Made by a program: the position numbers and the translations under genes
Shown here: positions 21,260-31,241 of the stretch, one piece after another
How positions within the stretch are numbered: the stretch's first letter is position 1
Layout of the letters: every line of letters begins with the position of its first letter
Assembly (NCBI GenBank): GCA_963708515.1
Contig: CAVPSX010000015.1
Coordinates: forward strand, 6,396 to 70,395
DNA: 64,000 nt
Source: an uncultured delta proteobacterium
GTDB lineage: Bacteria > Desulfobacterota > Syntrophia > Syntrophales > Fen-1087
Direction of reading: 5' to 3'
The notes under the pieces: generated by a model
What the model was told of the DNA's origin: nothing
Database searches by the model: none
What the model saw: the letters and a program-made list of their open reading frames with translations, nothing else

Positions 21260-23918
21260 ATGAGCAAGGGGTCTTTAAACAAAGCCTATGAACCACATGC
21301 GGCCGAAGCAAGGTGGTACCAATACTGGCTGGATCAGGATTTTTTCAGGGCACAGGATGTCTGCGACAAACCGCCATTCTGCATCGTCATACCACCCCCC
21401 AATGTAACAGGCATGCTCCACATGGGGCACGCCCTGAACAATGTCCTGCAGGATGTCATGACGCGCTTCAGGCGCATGCAGGGGTATAACGCCCTGTGGA
21501 TGCCGGGGACGGATCACGCCGGCATTGCCACGCAGAACGTCGTGGAGCAGGAACTGGCCAAAGAGGGCCTCACCAGGCACGACCTCGGCCGCGAGAAGTT
21601 CATCGAACGCGTCTGGCTCTGGAAGGAAAAATACGGCGGCGTCATCATCAACCAACTCAAGCGACTGGGCTGCTCCTGTGACTGGTCCCGGGAGCGCTTC
21701 ACGATGGATGAGGGCCTTTCCCGCGCCGTCCGCGAGGTTTTTGTGCGGCTCTACCATGACGGTCTGATCTACCAGGGGGACTATATCGTCAACTGGTGCC
21801 CCCGCTGTCATACGGCCATCTCGGACCTCGAAGTCGAATACGCCCAAGAGCCGGGCTTTCTCTGGAGCATTCGCTATCCCTATGTGGACGGCAGCGGCGA
21901 CATTGTCGTCGCCACCACGCGGCCCGAAACGATGCTCGGGGATACGGCCGTCGCCGTGAACCCGAAAGATGCCCGTTATGCCGGCAAGATCGGCAAAGAG
22001 GTGATCCTGCCGCTTGTAAACAGAATTATTCCGGTGATTGCAGATGATTACGTTACCATGGACTTCGGGTCAGGCGCAGTGAAAATCACGCCGGCATCCG
22101 ACCCCAATGACTTCGCCATCGCCGGCCGCCATAACCTCGAAATCATCAAGATCATGGACGGCAGCGCCGTTATCAATGAAAACGGCGGCCGCTATCAGGG
22201 GCAGGACCGCTACGAGTGCCGGGAAAATGTCGTTAGTGATCTTGAAACAGCAGGGTTATCTTGTCGGTGTGGAACCCTATGCGCGCAGCCTCGGCCAGTG
22301 TTACCGCTGCAAGACGGACGTGGAGCCCTTTATCTCCAAGCAGTGGTTCGTGAAAATCCAGCCGCTGGCGAAGGCCGCCAGTGCCGCCGTCATCAAGGGC
22401 GCCACGCGCATCATCCCGCCCATGTGGGAAGCGACGTATTTTGAGTGGATGAGCAACATCCGTGACTGGTGCATTTCCCGTCAGATCTGGTGGGGGCACC
22501 GGATCCCCGTCTGGTACTGCGACGAGTGCGGGCAGATTATTGTTTCGTCGGACGATCCCGATCGCTGCACGGGCTGTCAGAATGAACGGCTGCGGCAGGA
22601 TGAAGACGTCCTCGATACGTGGTTCAGCTCGGCCCTGTGGCCCTTTTCTACGCTGGGCTGGCCGGACCAGACCGAGGCTCTCAAGACCTTTTATCCCACA
22701 TCACTATTGGTTACGGGCTTTGACATTCTCTTTTTCTGGGTGGCACGCATGATGATGATGGGCATTTATGTCATGAAAGATGTGCCGTTTGGGGATGTCT
22801 ATCTGCACGCCCTGGTTCGCGATGAGCACGGCGACAAGATGAGCAAATCCAAGGGCAATATCATCGATCCCCTGCAAATGATCGACAAATATGGCGCCGA
22901 TCCCTTCCGCTTTACGCTGGCGGCCTTCACGGCGCAGGGGCGCGACGTGCGCATGTCGGAGGAGCGCATCGAAGGCTACAAGTTCTTTGTCAACAAGATC
23001 TGGAACGCCGCGAAATTTTCCATGATGAATCTGGAAGACTACGTTGCCGATGATCAGGCCGGGCCGGGCAAGGCCGATCTGTCGCTTCCCGATCGCTGGA
23101 TTCTGGCGCGGCTCAACCGGACCGTCGCTGAAGTGATCCGGGGGCTGGATGAATACCGCTTCAATGAGGCCACCGGGAGCCTCTACCAGTTTGTCTGGCA
23201 CGAATTCTGCGACTGGTACCTGGAGCTCATCAAGCCGGTCCTCTATGGCCGGGACCCGTCCTCCCGGCGGCGGGCGACGCAGCATACCTTGCTGCGGGCG
23301 CTCAGACAGATTCTCAAGCTGCTGCACCCCTTCATGCCGTTTTTAACCGAGGAAATCTGGCAGACCGCGGTGGCGGACGGCGTCTCGATCATGGTCAGTC
23401 CCTATCCGGAACCGGACAGGGGGCTTGAAGATGAAGACGCCGAGCGCCGCATGGGCCTCATCGTGGAGTGCATCACGCGCATCCGCAACATCCGCGGCGA
23501 AATGAATATCGCTCCATCCCGGAAGCTCAGGGTCGTCATTTCGGCGCCTGATGAGGCCCTGGCTGCCGTTCTCAATGAAGGCAGGGATTACATCGTCAAT
23601 CTGGGCAACCTCGGAACGCTGACAGCGGGCGTGAATCTAAATGAGCCCAAAGGGTCCGCCGTCGGCATAGTCGGCGCGGCGCGCGTCTTTGTCCTCATGG
23701 AGGGCATGATCGATGTCGCCGCCGAGAAGGCAAGGCTGGACAAAGAGATGAACAAGGTCGCACGGGATCTCAGTGTGGTCTCCCAAAAGCTGGCCAATCG
23801 CGAGTTTATGGACAAGGCGGCCGAAGCTGTCATCAAAAAGGAAGAGCAGAAATATCAGGATCTGCGTGAAAAACACCAAGTCCTGGAGGCGGCCATCAAG
23901 AAGCTGGAGGCGCTTTGA
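21260..23918 (+). CDS. valS: Valine--tRNA ligase; +1 frameshift near 22245
   Basis: [19 protein letters not shown], then [20 protein letters not shown] and C-terminal coiled coil in the second frame. Confidence 0.97.
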
Positions 23919-24757
23919 TCCCTGAGGTTATTGTCCACCCGTTAATTCGATCCGCACTCGAAGAGGATATCGGCGCGGGCGACGTGACGACGGCAGCCGT
24001 GCTCACCGGGGCGGAAGCCGGAACGGCGCGGGCCGTGGCCAAAGCGGATATGGTCCTTGCCGGAATCGACGTGTTCCAGAGAACTTTTCTTTTGCTGGAT
24101 CCGGATGTCCGGTTCACCGGATATATCGAAGATGGCCGGGAAATCAAACGCGGTGAGATCCTTACCGAGCTGTCCGGCAGGCTCGCGAGCATCCTGACCG
24201 CCGAACGGACGGCCCTGAATTTCCTGCAGCGTATGAGCGGCATCGCCACGATGACGCGACGGTACGTGCAGGCGGTCGCAGGGACGCCCGCCCGCATCCT
24301 GGATACGCGCAAAACCGCGCCGGGACTGCGCGTCCTCGACAAATACGCCGTGCGCATGGGCGGCGGCGGCAATCATCGCTTTGCCCTCTATGACGGCGTC
24401 CTGATCAAGGACAACCACATCACGGCGGCGGGCGGCGTTACGCCGGCCATCCAACGAGCGCGAAAGAAAATTTTCCACGCGCTCAAGATCGAGGTGGAAG
24501 TCAAAAATATCGGCGAAGTCCGGGAGGCGCTGTTATCCGGGGCGGACGCCGTCATGCTCGACAACATGACGCCTGAGGCCATGAGCGAGGCCGTCCGGTT
24601 CATCGGCGGCAGGGTTCCCGTCGAGGCGTCCGGCAATGTCACACTGGCCAATGTCAGGCAGATCGCCGAAACCGGCGTCGATTTCATCTCCGTTGGCGCC
24701 CTGACCCATTCGGTCGCCGCGGCGGACATATCCCTGCTCGTCAGCTTGCAGGTGTAA
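23915..24757 (+). CDS. nadC: Nicotinate-nucleotide diphosphorylase (carboxylating)
   Basis: ERTALNFLQ, DTRKTAPGLR, LIKDNH, MLDNM, ISVGALTHS. Confidence 0.97.
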   Translation: MIPEVIVHPLIRSALEEDIGAGDVTTAAVLTGAEAGTARAVAKADMVLAGIDVFQRTFLLLDPDVRFTGYIEDGREIKRGEILTELSGRLASILTAERTALNFLQRMSGIATMTRRYVQAVAGTPARILDTRKTAPGLRVLDKYAVRMGGGGNHRFALYDGVLIKDNHITAAGGVTPAIQRARKKIFHALKIEVEVKNIGEVREALLSGADAVMLDNMTPEAMSEAVRFIGGRVPVEASGNVTLANVRQIAETGVDFISVGALTHSVAAADISLLVSLQV

Positions 24758-24786
24758 GGAACGCGGACACTTCACCCCGATCCCGT

Positions 24787-24974
24787 GAGACCTTTGAAAA
24801 ATGGCTTCGCCGCGGCTCAAAATCTTTTTCGCATGAAATATGATAAGGCTCAAATTTGTTAGAAATCAATAAAATAGTCATGGGGAGGGGGCTTGACGGA
24901 GTCGTGTCCCCATCAACGAAAAATCTTTGATTCGCCGCTTGCGAACCATTTTTCACCGGTTACACAAAGCTTTC
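24787..24974 (+). mobile_element. MITE-like inverted-repeat element, copy B (long form)
   Basis: GAGACCTTTGAAAAATGG...CCATTTTTCACCGGTTACACAAAGCTTTC; homologous to copies A, C and D. Confidence 0.85.
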
Positions 24975-24991
24975 CCCATCTCATCGATATT

Positions 24992-25795
24992 ATGGCCGAG
25001 TTGATTGATTTTACTCATGAAACACTGATATTGTACCTGAAGCGCAATCCATTCATTACAGAGGTTCATTATTTCGAGGCGGTCGGTTCAACCAATACGA
25101 CGGCCTGTCAACTGGCGCTTGCAGGCGCCCGGGAGGGGGAAGTTGTGGTGGCTGACGCCCAGACGAAAGGCAGGGGACGTCTGGACCGCGCCTGGCAATC
25201 CCCGCCCGGAACCAATCTTTACCTATCGACGATCCTGCGACCGAAGATCGAACCGGCAATGGCGCCCCAAATTACGCTGATGGCCGGCGTGGCTGTGGCG
25301 GATTTTTTTTCCGTCTTCTGCCCCGGAACCGTGTCCATAAAGTGGCCTAATGATGTGCTGCTGCGGGGGAAAAAAGCCTGCGGCATCCTGACGGAGATGA
25401 AAGCCGCCGCCGGCAGTCTTGACTTCATCATCCTGGGCATGGGGCTCAACATCAACATGAACAGGGAAGATTTCGATCCAACGCTCCGCGACGCTGCCAC
25501 GTCGCTCAAAATTGAGACCGGAGCAGACTATGACCGACTCGATATGATTTCAAAGCTGTTTGACTTCATCGTAAAATGGTATAAAGTCTTCCTGATTGCG
25601 GGATTCCCCGGTCTGCGCGAGACGTGGCTGCAATATGCCGACATTCTGGGCAAGCGGATCAAGGTGGTTTACAAAGACGAATTTCAAACCGGGATCGTGA
25701 CCGGAATCGACGATGACGGCACTATCCTGATGCAGCGTGAAGACGGCGTCGGAGAAAGGGTGATCGCCGGGGACGTTCATCTTTTGGGGAGGTAG
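24992..25795 (+). CDS. birA: Biotin--acetyl-CoA-carboxylase ligase (no N-terminal HTH)
   Basis: [29 protein letters not shown]. Confidence 0.94.
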   Translation: MAELIDFTHETLILYLKRNPFITEVHYFEAVGSTNTTACQLALAGAREGEVVVADAQTKGRGRLDRAWQSPPGTNLYLSTILRPKIEPAMAPQITLMAGVAVADFFSVFCPGTVSIKWPNDVLLRGKKACGILTEMKAAAGSLDFIILGMGLNINMNREDFDPTLRDAATSLKIETGADYDRLDMISKLFDFIVKWYKVFLIAGFPGLRETWLQYADILGKRIKVVYKDEFQTGIVTGIDDDGTILMQREDGVGERVIAGDVHLLGR

Positions 25796-25799
25796 AACC

Positions 25800-26576
25800 A
25801 TGCTTTTGGTCATCGATGTGGGAAATACGAATACCGTTCTGGGGCTTTATGACGGGGAGCAACTGATCCACGACTGGCGGATCCGGACCGTTGTGGACCA
25901 TACCATCGACGAATACGGGATGCTCATTTACAATCTCTATAAAACCAGCCGGATCGATTCACACAAAATCATAAAGGACATCATCATTTCCTGCGTCGTT
26001 CCGCCCATGCTGAATATTCTGGAGCCGCTCTGTCAAAAGTATTTCAACGTCAAACCGTTGATTGTGGGTCCGGGCGTCAAGACGGGGATGCCTATTTTTT
26101 ACGACAACCCGAAGGAAGTGGGGGCGGACCGGATCGTCAATGCGGTCGCCGGCTTTGAAAAATACAAACAGGATCTCATTATTGTCGATTTCGGAACGGC
26201 CACGACCTTCGATTATGTCTCGAAAAAAGGCGAATATATGGGGGGTTGCATCGCGCCCGGGATCATGATTTCAAGCGAGGCCCTCTTCGAACGGGCGGCC
26301 AAGCTGCCGCGCGTGGAGCTCAGCAAACCCAGGACCGTCGTGGGCAAGGATACGGTCAGCAGCATGCAGGCCGGAATCATGTACGGCTACGCAGGCCTCG
26401 TGGACGGCATTTGCGAGCGCATCAAGGCGGAGGTCAAATCGGATCCCCTCGTGATTGGGACGGGCGGGCTCGCCAGGATTGTGGCGCCGGAAACGAAAAG
26501 CATCAAAGTGGTCGATGACATGCTGACCCTCGAGGGGCTGCGGATCATCTACTTGCGCAACAAGACAGCGGCCTGA
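25800..26576 (+). CDS. coaX: Type III pantothenate kinase
   Basis: [24 protein letters not shown]. Confidence 0.96.
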   Translation: MLLVIDVGNTNTVLGLYDGEQLIHDWRIRTVVDHTIDEYGMLIYNLYKTSRIDSHKIIKDIIISCVVPPMLNILEPLCQKYFNVKPLIVGPGVKTGMPIFYDNPKEVGADRIVNAVAGFEKYKQDLIIVDFGTATTFDYVSKKGEYMGGCIAPGIMISSEALFERAAKLPRVELSKPRTVVGKDTVSSMQAGIMYGYAGLVDGICERIKAEVKSDPLVIGTGGLARIVAPETKSIKVVDDMLTLEGLRIIYLRNKTAA

Positions 26577-26588
26577 CATACAGAGGGT

Positions 26589-26752
26589 GAAACCGTTGAA
26601 AAATGGCTTCACAGCGACTCAAAAACTTTATCCTAAAAATATCATAAAGCTTACATATCTTTTAACCAATAAATTAGCCCAATTTCCGGATATGCGATAA
26701 ATCTTTGATTCACCGCCTGCGAACCATTTTTCACCGGTTATGCAATGCTTTC
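26589..26752 (+). mobile_element. MITE-like inverted-repeat element, copy C (short form)
   Basis: GAAACCGTTGAAAAATGGCTTC...GCGAACCATTTTTCACCGGTTATGCAATGCTTTC. Confidence 0.82.
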
Positions 26753-26764
26753 AGGCATATCAAC

Positions 26765-26801
26765 AAAAAAGGGGAATTTCCTGAACGAAACTCCCCTTTT
26801 T
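26765..26801. terminator. Bidirectional terminator between coaX and the MFS gene
   Basis: AAAAAAGGGGA...TCCCCTTTTT hairpin flanked by A/T runs. Confidence 0.65.
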
Positions 26802-26820
26802 GTTTTTAGTGTGAAGTGTT

Positions 26821-28053
26821 TTATGATCTCTTCGGCGGTTTCAAAAGAAGGAACGCGATGACCATGCCGACAATGGCAAGCCCCGCCGTGGGATAGAAGG
26901 CGACCGCGTAGGAGCCGAAAGCGTCTTTCGCCTGTCCCGAGATGATGCCGCCCAGAATCGCGCCGATGCCGTAGGCGATGAAGATCAGGCCGTAGTTCTT
27001 GGCGTAGTTCTTGACGCCGAAGAACGTGTTCGTTGCCGTCGGGGCAATGGCAAGCCAGCCTCCGAGACAGAGCCAGAAGCCGATGAAGCAGATCACGTAG
27101 AGCACCACGTCTCCCGCGCCGGCGGTCAGCATGCCGAGCGAACACAGCAGGATGATGATGTACGTGATAATGGCCGCGCCCCGGGGCGACAGCTTATCGG
27201 TGATGACACCGAAAATAGGCCGGCCGGCGCCGTTGAAGATGGCGAAGACGCCGACGAGCATCGCCGCTGTGCCCGGTTCGATCTTGATGATTTCCTGGGC
27301 GACAGGGCTCGAAATGCCGATGGCCATGAGTCCGGCGAGACAGCCGATGATGTAGCATAAAAAGAGACCGTAGAATGCAGGTGTTTTTGTCATCCCACCG
27401 ATGTTAAGATCGACCGCCCCGGAAGCCGCGGCAGCCGAAGGCGCCCAGCCGGCCGGTTTCCAGCCGTCTTTGGGGAAACGATACGGGATGAAGAGTACAC
27501 AGACGATAATCAGAAAGGCCAGACCCAGATACAGGAAGGTCTGCATGGGACCGACGACCTTGATGAGCGCCACGGCCACATTTGCGGAAACAAACGGCGA
27601 TCCGCCGAAACCGGCCAGCGTGAGCCCCAGGGCAAGGCCCCGTTTGTCGGGGAACCACCTGCCCGAAACAGCAAGGGGAACGCCATAGGCCAAGCCCACG
27701 CCACCGCCACCGATGGCGCCGTAGCTGATCGCAAGCATCATGATGCTCGTGGACTGGCTCGCCATCATCCAGCCCGCGCCGAGAATCACGCCGCCCAGGA
27801 TGCCGAGATTCCTCGCGCCCAGCTTTCCAATCAACTGGCCGCCAACGAACACGAAGAAGGCGAAGAAGGCCAGAAAGACCATGAAGGGCAGCCCCGCCTC
27901 GGTGGCGCTTACATTCATGAGCGCCCGCACCGGTTTTGCAAACACGCTGTAGGCATAAACGCTTCCCAGGCAGATGTTGATGATAAACCCTAATACGATG
28001 AACACCCACCGCCCCGATTCTGCAGGCATTCCAAACAATTTTTCATTACTCAT
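26821..28053 (-). CDS. MFS transporter, oxalate:formate antiporter (OFA) family
   Basis: 12 TM helices; GSVYAYSVF, WFPDKRGLA, FNGAGRPIFG, NYGLIF. Confidence 0.85.
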   Translation of the reverse strand: MSNEKLFGMPAESGRWVFIVLGFIINICLGSVYAYSVFAKPVRALMNVSATEAGLPFMVFLAFFAFFVFVGGQLIGKLGARNLGILGGVILGAGWMMASQSTSIMMLAISYGAIGGGGVGLAYGVPLAVSGRWFPDKRGLALGLTLAGFGGSPFVSANVAVALIKVVGPMQTFLYLGLAFLIIVCVLFIPYRFPKDGWKPAGWAPSAAAASGAVDLNIGGMTKTPAFYGLFLCYIIGCLAGLMAIGISSPVAQEIIKIEPGTAAMLVGVFAIFNGAGRPIFGVITDKLSPRGAAIITYIIILLCSLGMLTAGAGDVVLYVICFIGFWLCLGGWLAIAPTATNTFFGVKNYAKNYGLIFIAYGIGAILGGIISGQAKDAFGSYAVAFYPTAGLAIVGMVIAFLLLKPPKRS

Positions 28054-28165
28054 CGGATATCCCCCCTTAACGCATTTTTATTTGCCATTTTTAAAAATCC
28101 CTCCTTCGGTAATAATGCGCGAGTCATTAACATATTTGATCCGTCGTGTCTAACAAATATTCAGA

Positions 28166-28738
28166 TTATCGGGCCTGCAATCGGGCCAGGTCTTCCGGGG
28201 TATTAACATTTATAAACATGCGCATGTCGGGATCAAATGTTTTCAGGACAGCATCAGAAATAGTCAAGCAATTCAGTCCCTTATAAAAGCCCGTGATCTT
28301 AAGTTGCTCCTGGATGATCCGGCCCTTCATGCGGGGAAGGCAGCTTTTCGCATAGATCGCATGCAGAGGCTCAAGTCCACCCGGCGTCTCCGGCACGACG
28401 ATATCATGCGCAGGCGCCTGTTGCATCATCCAGGTGATGAAACGGTGGTTCAAGAAAGGCATGTCGCAAGCGGCGACGAAGGCATGAGAGCAGCTTGCAT
28501 AAAAAAGGCCCGTATAGACGCCGCCCAGGGCCTTCTTACCCGGGTAAATGTCGGTGACAATCGTTACGTCCAGATCGAGATAGTCGAGCGGCGAGTTTGT
28601 GACTACAATCACTTCTTCAAAAAGGCCCCTGAAAATTTCAAGGGTCCTGTCAAGCAGCCGCTTACCGTCCATGACGACAAGGGCCTTGTTTACGCCCATG
28701 CGGGAATTTTCCCCGCCGGATAAAATGATGCCAGTCAT
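28166..28738 (-). CDS. mobA: Molybdenum cofactor guanylyltransferase
   Basis: ILSGGENSRMGVNKA, ACDMPF, EPLHAIY, NVNTPED. Confidence 0.93.
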   Translation of the reverse strand: MTGIILSGGENSRMGVNKALVVMDGKRLLDRTLEIFRGLFEEVIVVTNSPLDYLDLDVTIVTDIYPGKKALGGVYTGLFYASCSHAFVAACDMPFLNHRFITWMMQQAPAHDIVVPETPGGLEPLHAIYAKSCLPRMKGRIIQEQLKITGFYKGLNCLTISDAVLKTFDPDMRMFINVNTPEDLARLQAR

Positions 28739-28810
28739 GTGCCATCCCTCATACTGGCTTCCCTACAGGAATTCCGCTGTCAGGTCAAGGATGACGACCT
28801 CGTAACAAGT

Positions 28811-28854
28811 CCATAATCCCCTCCCTTGGCGGGTGGGGATTATGGGGGGGGGGG
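28811..28854. repeat. REP-like GC hairpin followed by a G11 tract
   Basis: CCATAATCCCC-TCCC-ttggc-GGGT-GGGGATTATGG. Confidence 0.55.
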
Positions 28855-28975
28855 ATTCTTGACTTCTTACGAGTGCGTCAAGGATGACGATGTTGGAAAG
28901 ATGGAACCATTCCGGTTTTGACATATCGACGTTGATTGTGTAGAAGAGCCGTGGGAGGTCATTCTGACGTGTTCG

Positions 28976-30396
28976 GTGTGGCCGCAGGCATCAAACTGCG
29001 AACGATGCAGAGAATATCTGGATAATCTTGTGGAAATAGACAAGGATAAAACAGGTCCCCTGTTTGTGCAGGAACCCGAAATCAAAGTCGGCATCATGGA
29101 AGAAGTCCGGGGGCTGACGGGCCGGTTCAACGGGCCGTTTCGTCTGCAAGACGGCCGGACATTTGTCGGTTCCTTTGCGGTTCAGGCGGGCGAGGACGGG
29201 ATGATTTTTACGGATCAGACGGGAGCGCGGATTGACGGGCAGGTTGAAATGTGCTTCTCACCGACTGGGGGCGCCACCTTTTCTCTGGCGGATGTAACCA
29301 TTGGGATTCAATTTCACTGGGAACGCAAACAGCAACAGACCTTTCGAGGAGATCTCTTGCTGCGCAACATCCCAGGAGGGACTCTGACGGCTGTCAACCG
29401 GCTGCGCCTGGAGGCCTATTTGACCAGCGTCATTTCTTCAGAGATGAGCGCCGCGGCGCCGCTGGAAATGCTCAAAGCCCACGCTATCGCCTCACGCAGC
29501 TGGCTGATGGCCATGCTGAGGCGACAGGGGGAAAAAGGGGTCGGGAAGCGGATCACCGCGAGGCGTTTGGACCAGACGGTGAAATCACGCGCTGGTACGG
29601 CCGGGAGGATCATGCCCGCTTCGACGTCTGCGCCGATGACCACTGTCAGCGCTATCAGGGCGTCACGAAAATCATTTCCGACCAGGCGGCGCAGGCGGTA
29701 CAATCGACGCGCGGGGTATGTCTCGTCCATGCTCATACGGTCTGCGACGCCCGCTATCACAAGGCCTGCGGCGGCCGGACGGATAATTTTGAAAACACCT
29801 GGGAAGAAATCCCGGTTCCATATCTTTGCTCGGTTGTCGATGCGGATGTTCCCCATGAACCCGTCGATACGGAGGCAGCGGCACGGAAGTGGGTAGCCAC
29901 CCGGCCGGACGTCTATTGCAACACGGCCGATGCAGCGCTGCTGCGCCGGGTCCTTCCTGATTTCGATCAGGAAACAGCGGATTTTTTCCGGTGGCGCGTG
30001 AGCTACGGGCGGGAAGAACTGGAGGCGATCCTCAGGGAAAAAACCGGCATCGATTTCGGATTCCTGCAAAAACTCGTTCCCCTGGCGCGCGGTCCTTCCG
30101 GACGGATCATGCGGTTGCGCATCGAAGGATCGAAACGAACCATAACGGTAGGCAAGGAGCTGGAAATCCGGCGATGGCTCTCGCGGTCGCACCTATACAG
30201 CAGCGCCTTCTGTGTGTCGGTTCAGCGTGACGCATCCGGACTGCCGGTGCACTTCGTGCTCGATGGCGCCGGATGGGGGCACGGCGTCGGCATGTGTCAG
30301 ATCGGGGCCGCCGTGATGGCGGAAAAGGGCCATAAAGCCGAAGCGATTCTGAAACACTATTTCCGCGGCGCTGAACTGAAAAAATTGTATGATTGA
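28976..30396 (+). CDS. SpoIID/LytB domain protein; frameshift near 29545; start may be the GTG at 29066
   Basis: LEAYLTSVISSEM...LKAHAIASRS in one frame; DVCADDHCQRYQG and GWGHGVGMCQIGA in another. Confidence 0.88.
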
Positions 30397-30423
30397 GTCA
30401 ATAAAGAACAACAGGAGGATAAG

Positions 30424-31212
30424 ATGAAACTGCAGGATTTATTCAAACTCAATGGAAAGGTCGCCCTCGTGACCGGCGGCGGGCGGGGCATCGGCAAATT
30501 CATCGCCACGGGACTCGCGGAAGCGGGCGCAGACTTGGTGCTCACGTCTCGCAAGCTGAAGAACCTCGAGGCGGCCGGGCAGGAAATCGCAAAAGAGACG
30601 GGCGTTACCGTTTTTCCTGTTGCCTGTGATGTGGCCAAGCCGGAGGACATCGACGGCATGGTGAAGGCGGCGATGGAGAAATTCGGCCGCGTCGACATTC
30701 TAGTCAACAACGCCGGGGCCACCTGGGGCGCGCCCACGCTTGAATTTCCGCTCGAAAGATGGGATCAGCTCTTCAACGTCAATGTCCGCGGCGTCTGGAT
30801 CCTGACACAGAAGGTCGCCGGCATCATGAAGGAGCAGGGCGGCGGCAACATCATCAACATTTCGTCCGTCATGGGCTTTCGGGGCTCGGATGAGCTGACC
30901 CATCCGGCCATCCCCTACAATTCCACGAAGGCGGCGATTAATCTATTGACCATGAACCTGGCGGTCAAACTTGCCCCGTACAATATCCGTGTCAACGCCA
31001 TTGCTCCCGGTTTCTTCCGGACGGACATGATGGCCTACATCGAGAAGCCGGAATTCAGGACAGCCCACGATCTCGTCATCGACTCCATCCCGTTGCGGCG
31101 CGTGGGCGACGTGGATGACATGAAAGGCCTGGCAGTTTTTCTCGCATCGGACGCCTCGGCCTACATGACGGGCCATGTCGTCGTCAACGACGGCGGCCTG
31201 CTGGCGAAATAG
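30424..31212 (+). CDS. SDR family oxidoreductase
   Basis: TGGGRGIG, NNAG, YNSTK (YxxxK). Confidence 0.93.
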   Translation: MKLQDLFKLNGKVALVTGGGRGIGKFIATGLAEAGADLVLTSRKLKNLEAAGQEIAKETGVTVFPVACDVAKPEDIDGMVKAAMEKFGRVDILVNNAGATWGAPTLEFPLERWDQLFNVNVRGVWILTQKVAGIMKEQGGGNIINISSVMGFRGSDELTHPAIPYNSTKAAINLLTMNLAVKLAPYNIRVNAIAPGFFRTDMMAYIEKPEFRTAHDLVIDSIPLRRVGDVDDMKGLAVFLASDASAYMTGHVVVNDGGLLAK

Positions 31213-31241
31213 AGGCATTAGAGGTTGAGGTCTTTATAAAA

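Noticed and set aside
22238..22255. Programmed +1 frameshift in valS (CTT GAA resembles the prfB CTT TGA site)
   Set aside because: No stop codon at the shift site and no internal Shine-Dalgarno; several unrelated indels nearby indicate sequencing error
26589..26752. Repeat element read as an integron attC site (long hairpin ending in GTTATGC)
   Set aside because: Only copy C has the complementary AAC at the left end, the flanking genes are housekeeping genes rather than cassettes, and no integrase is present
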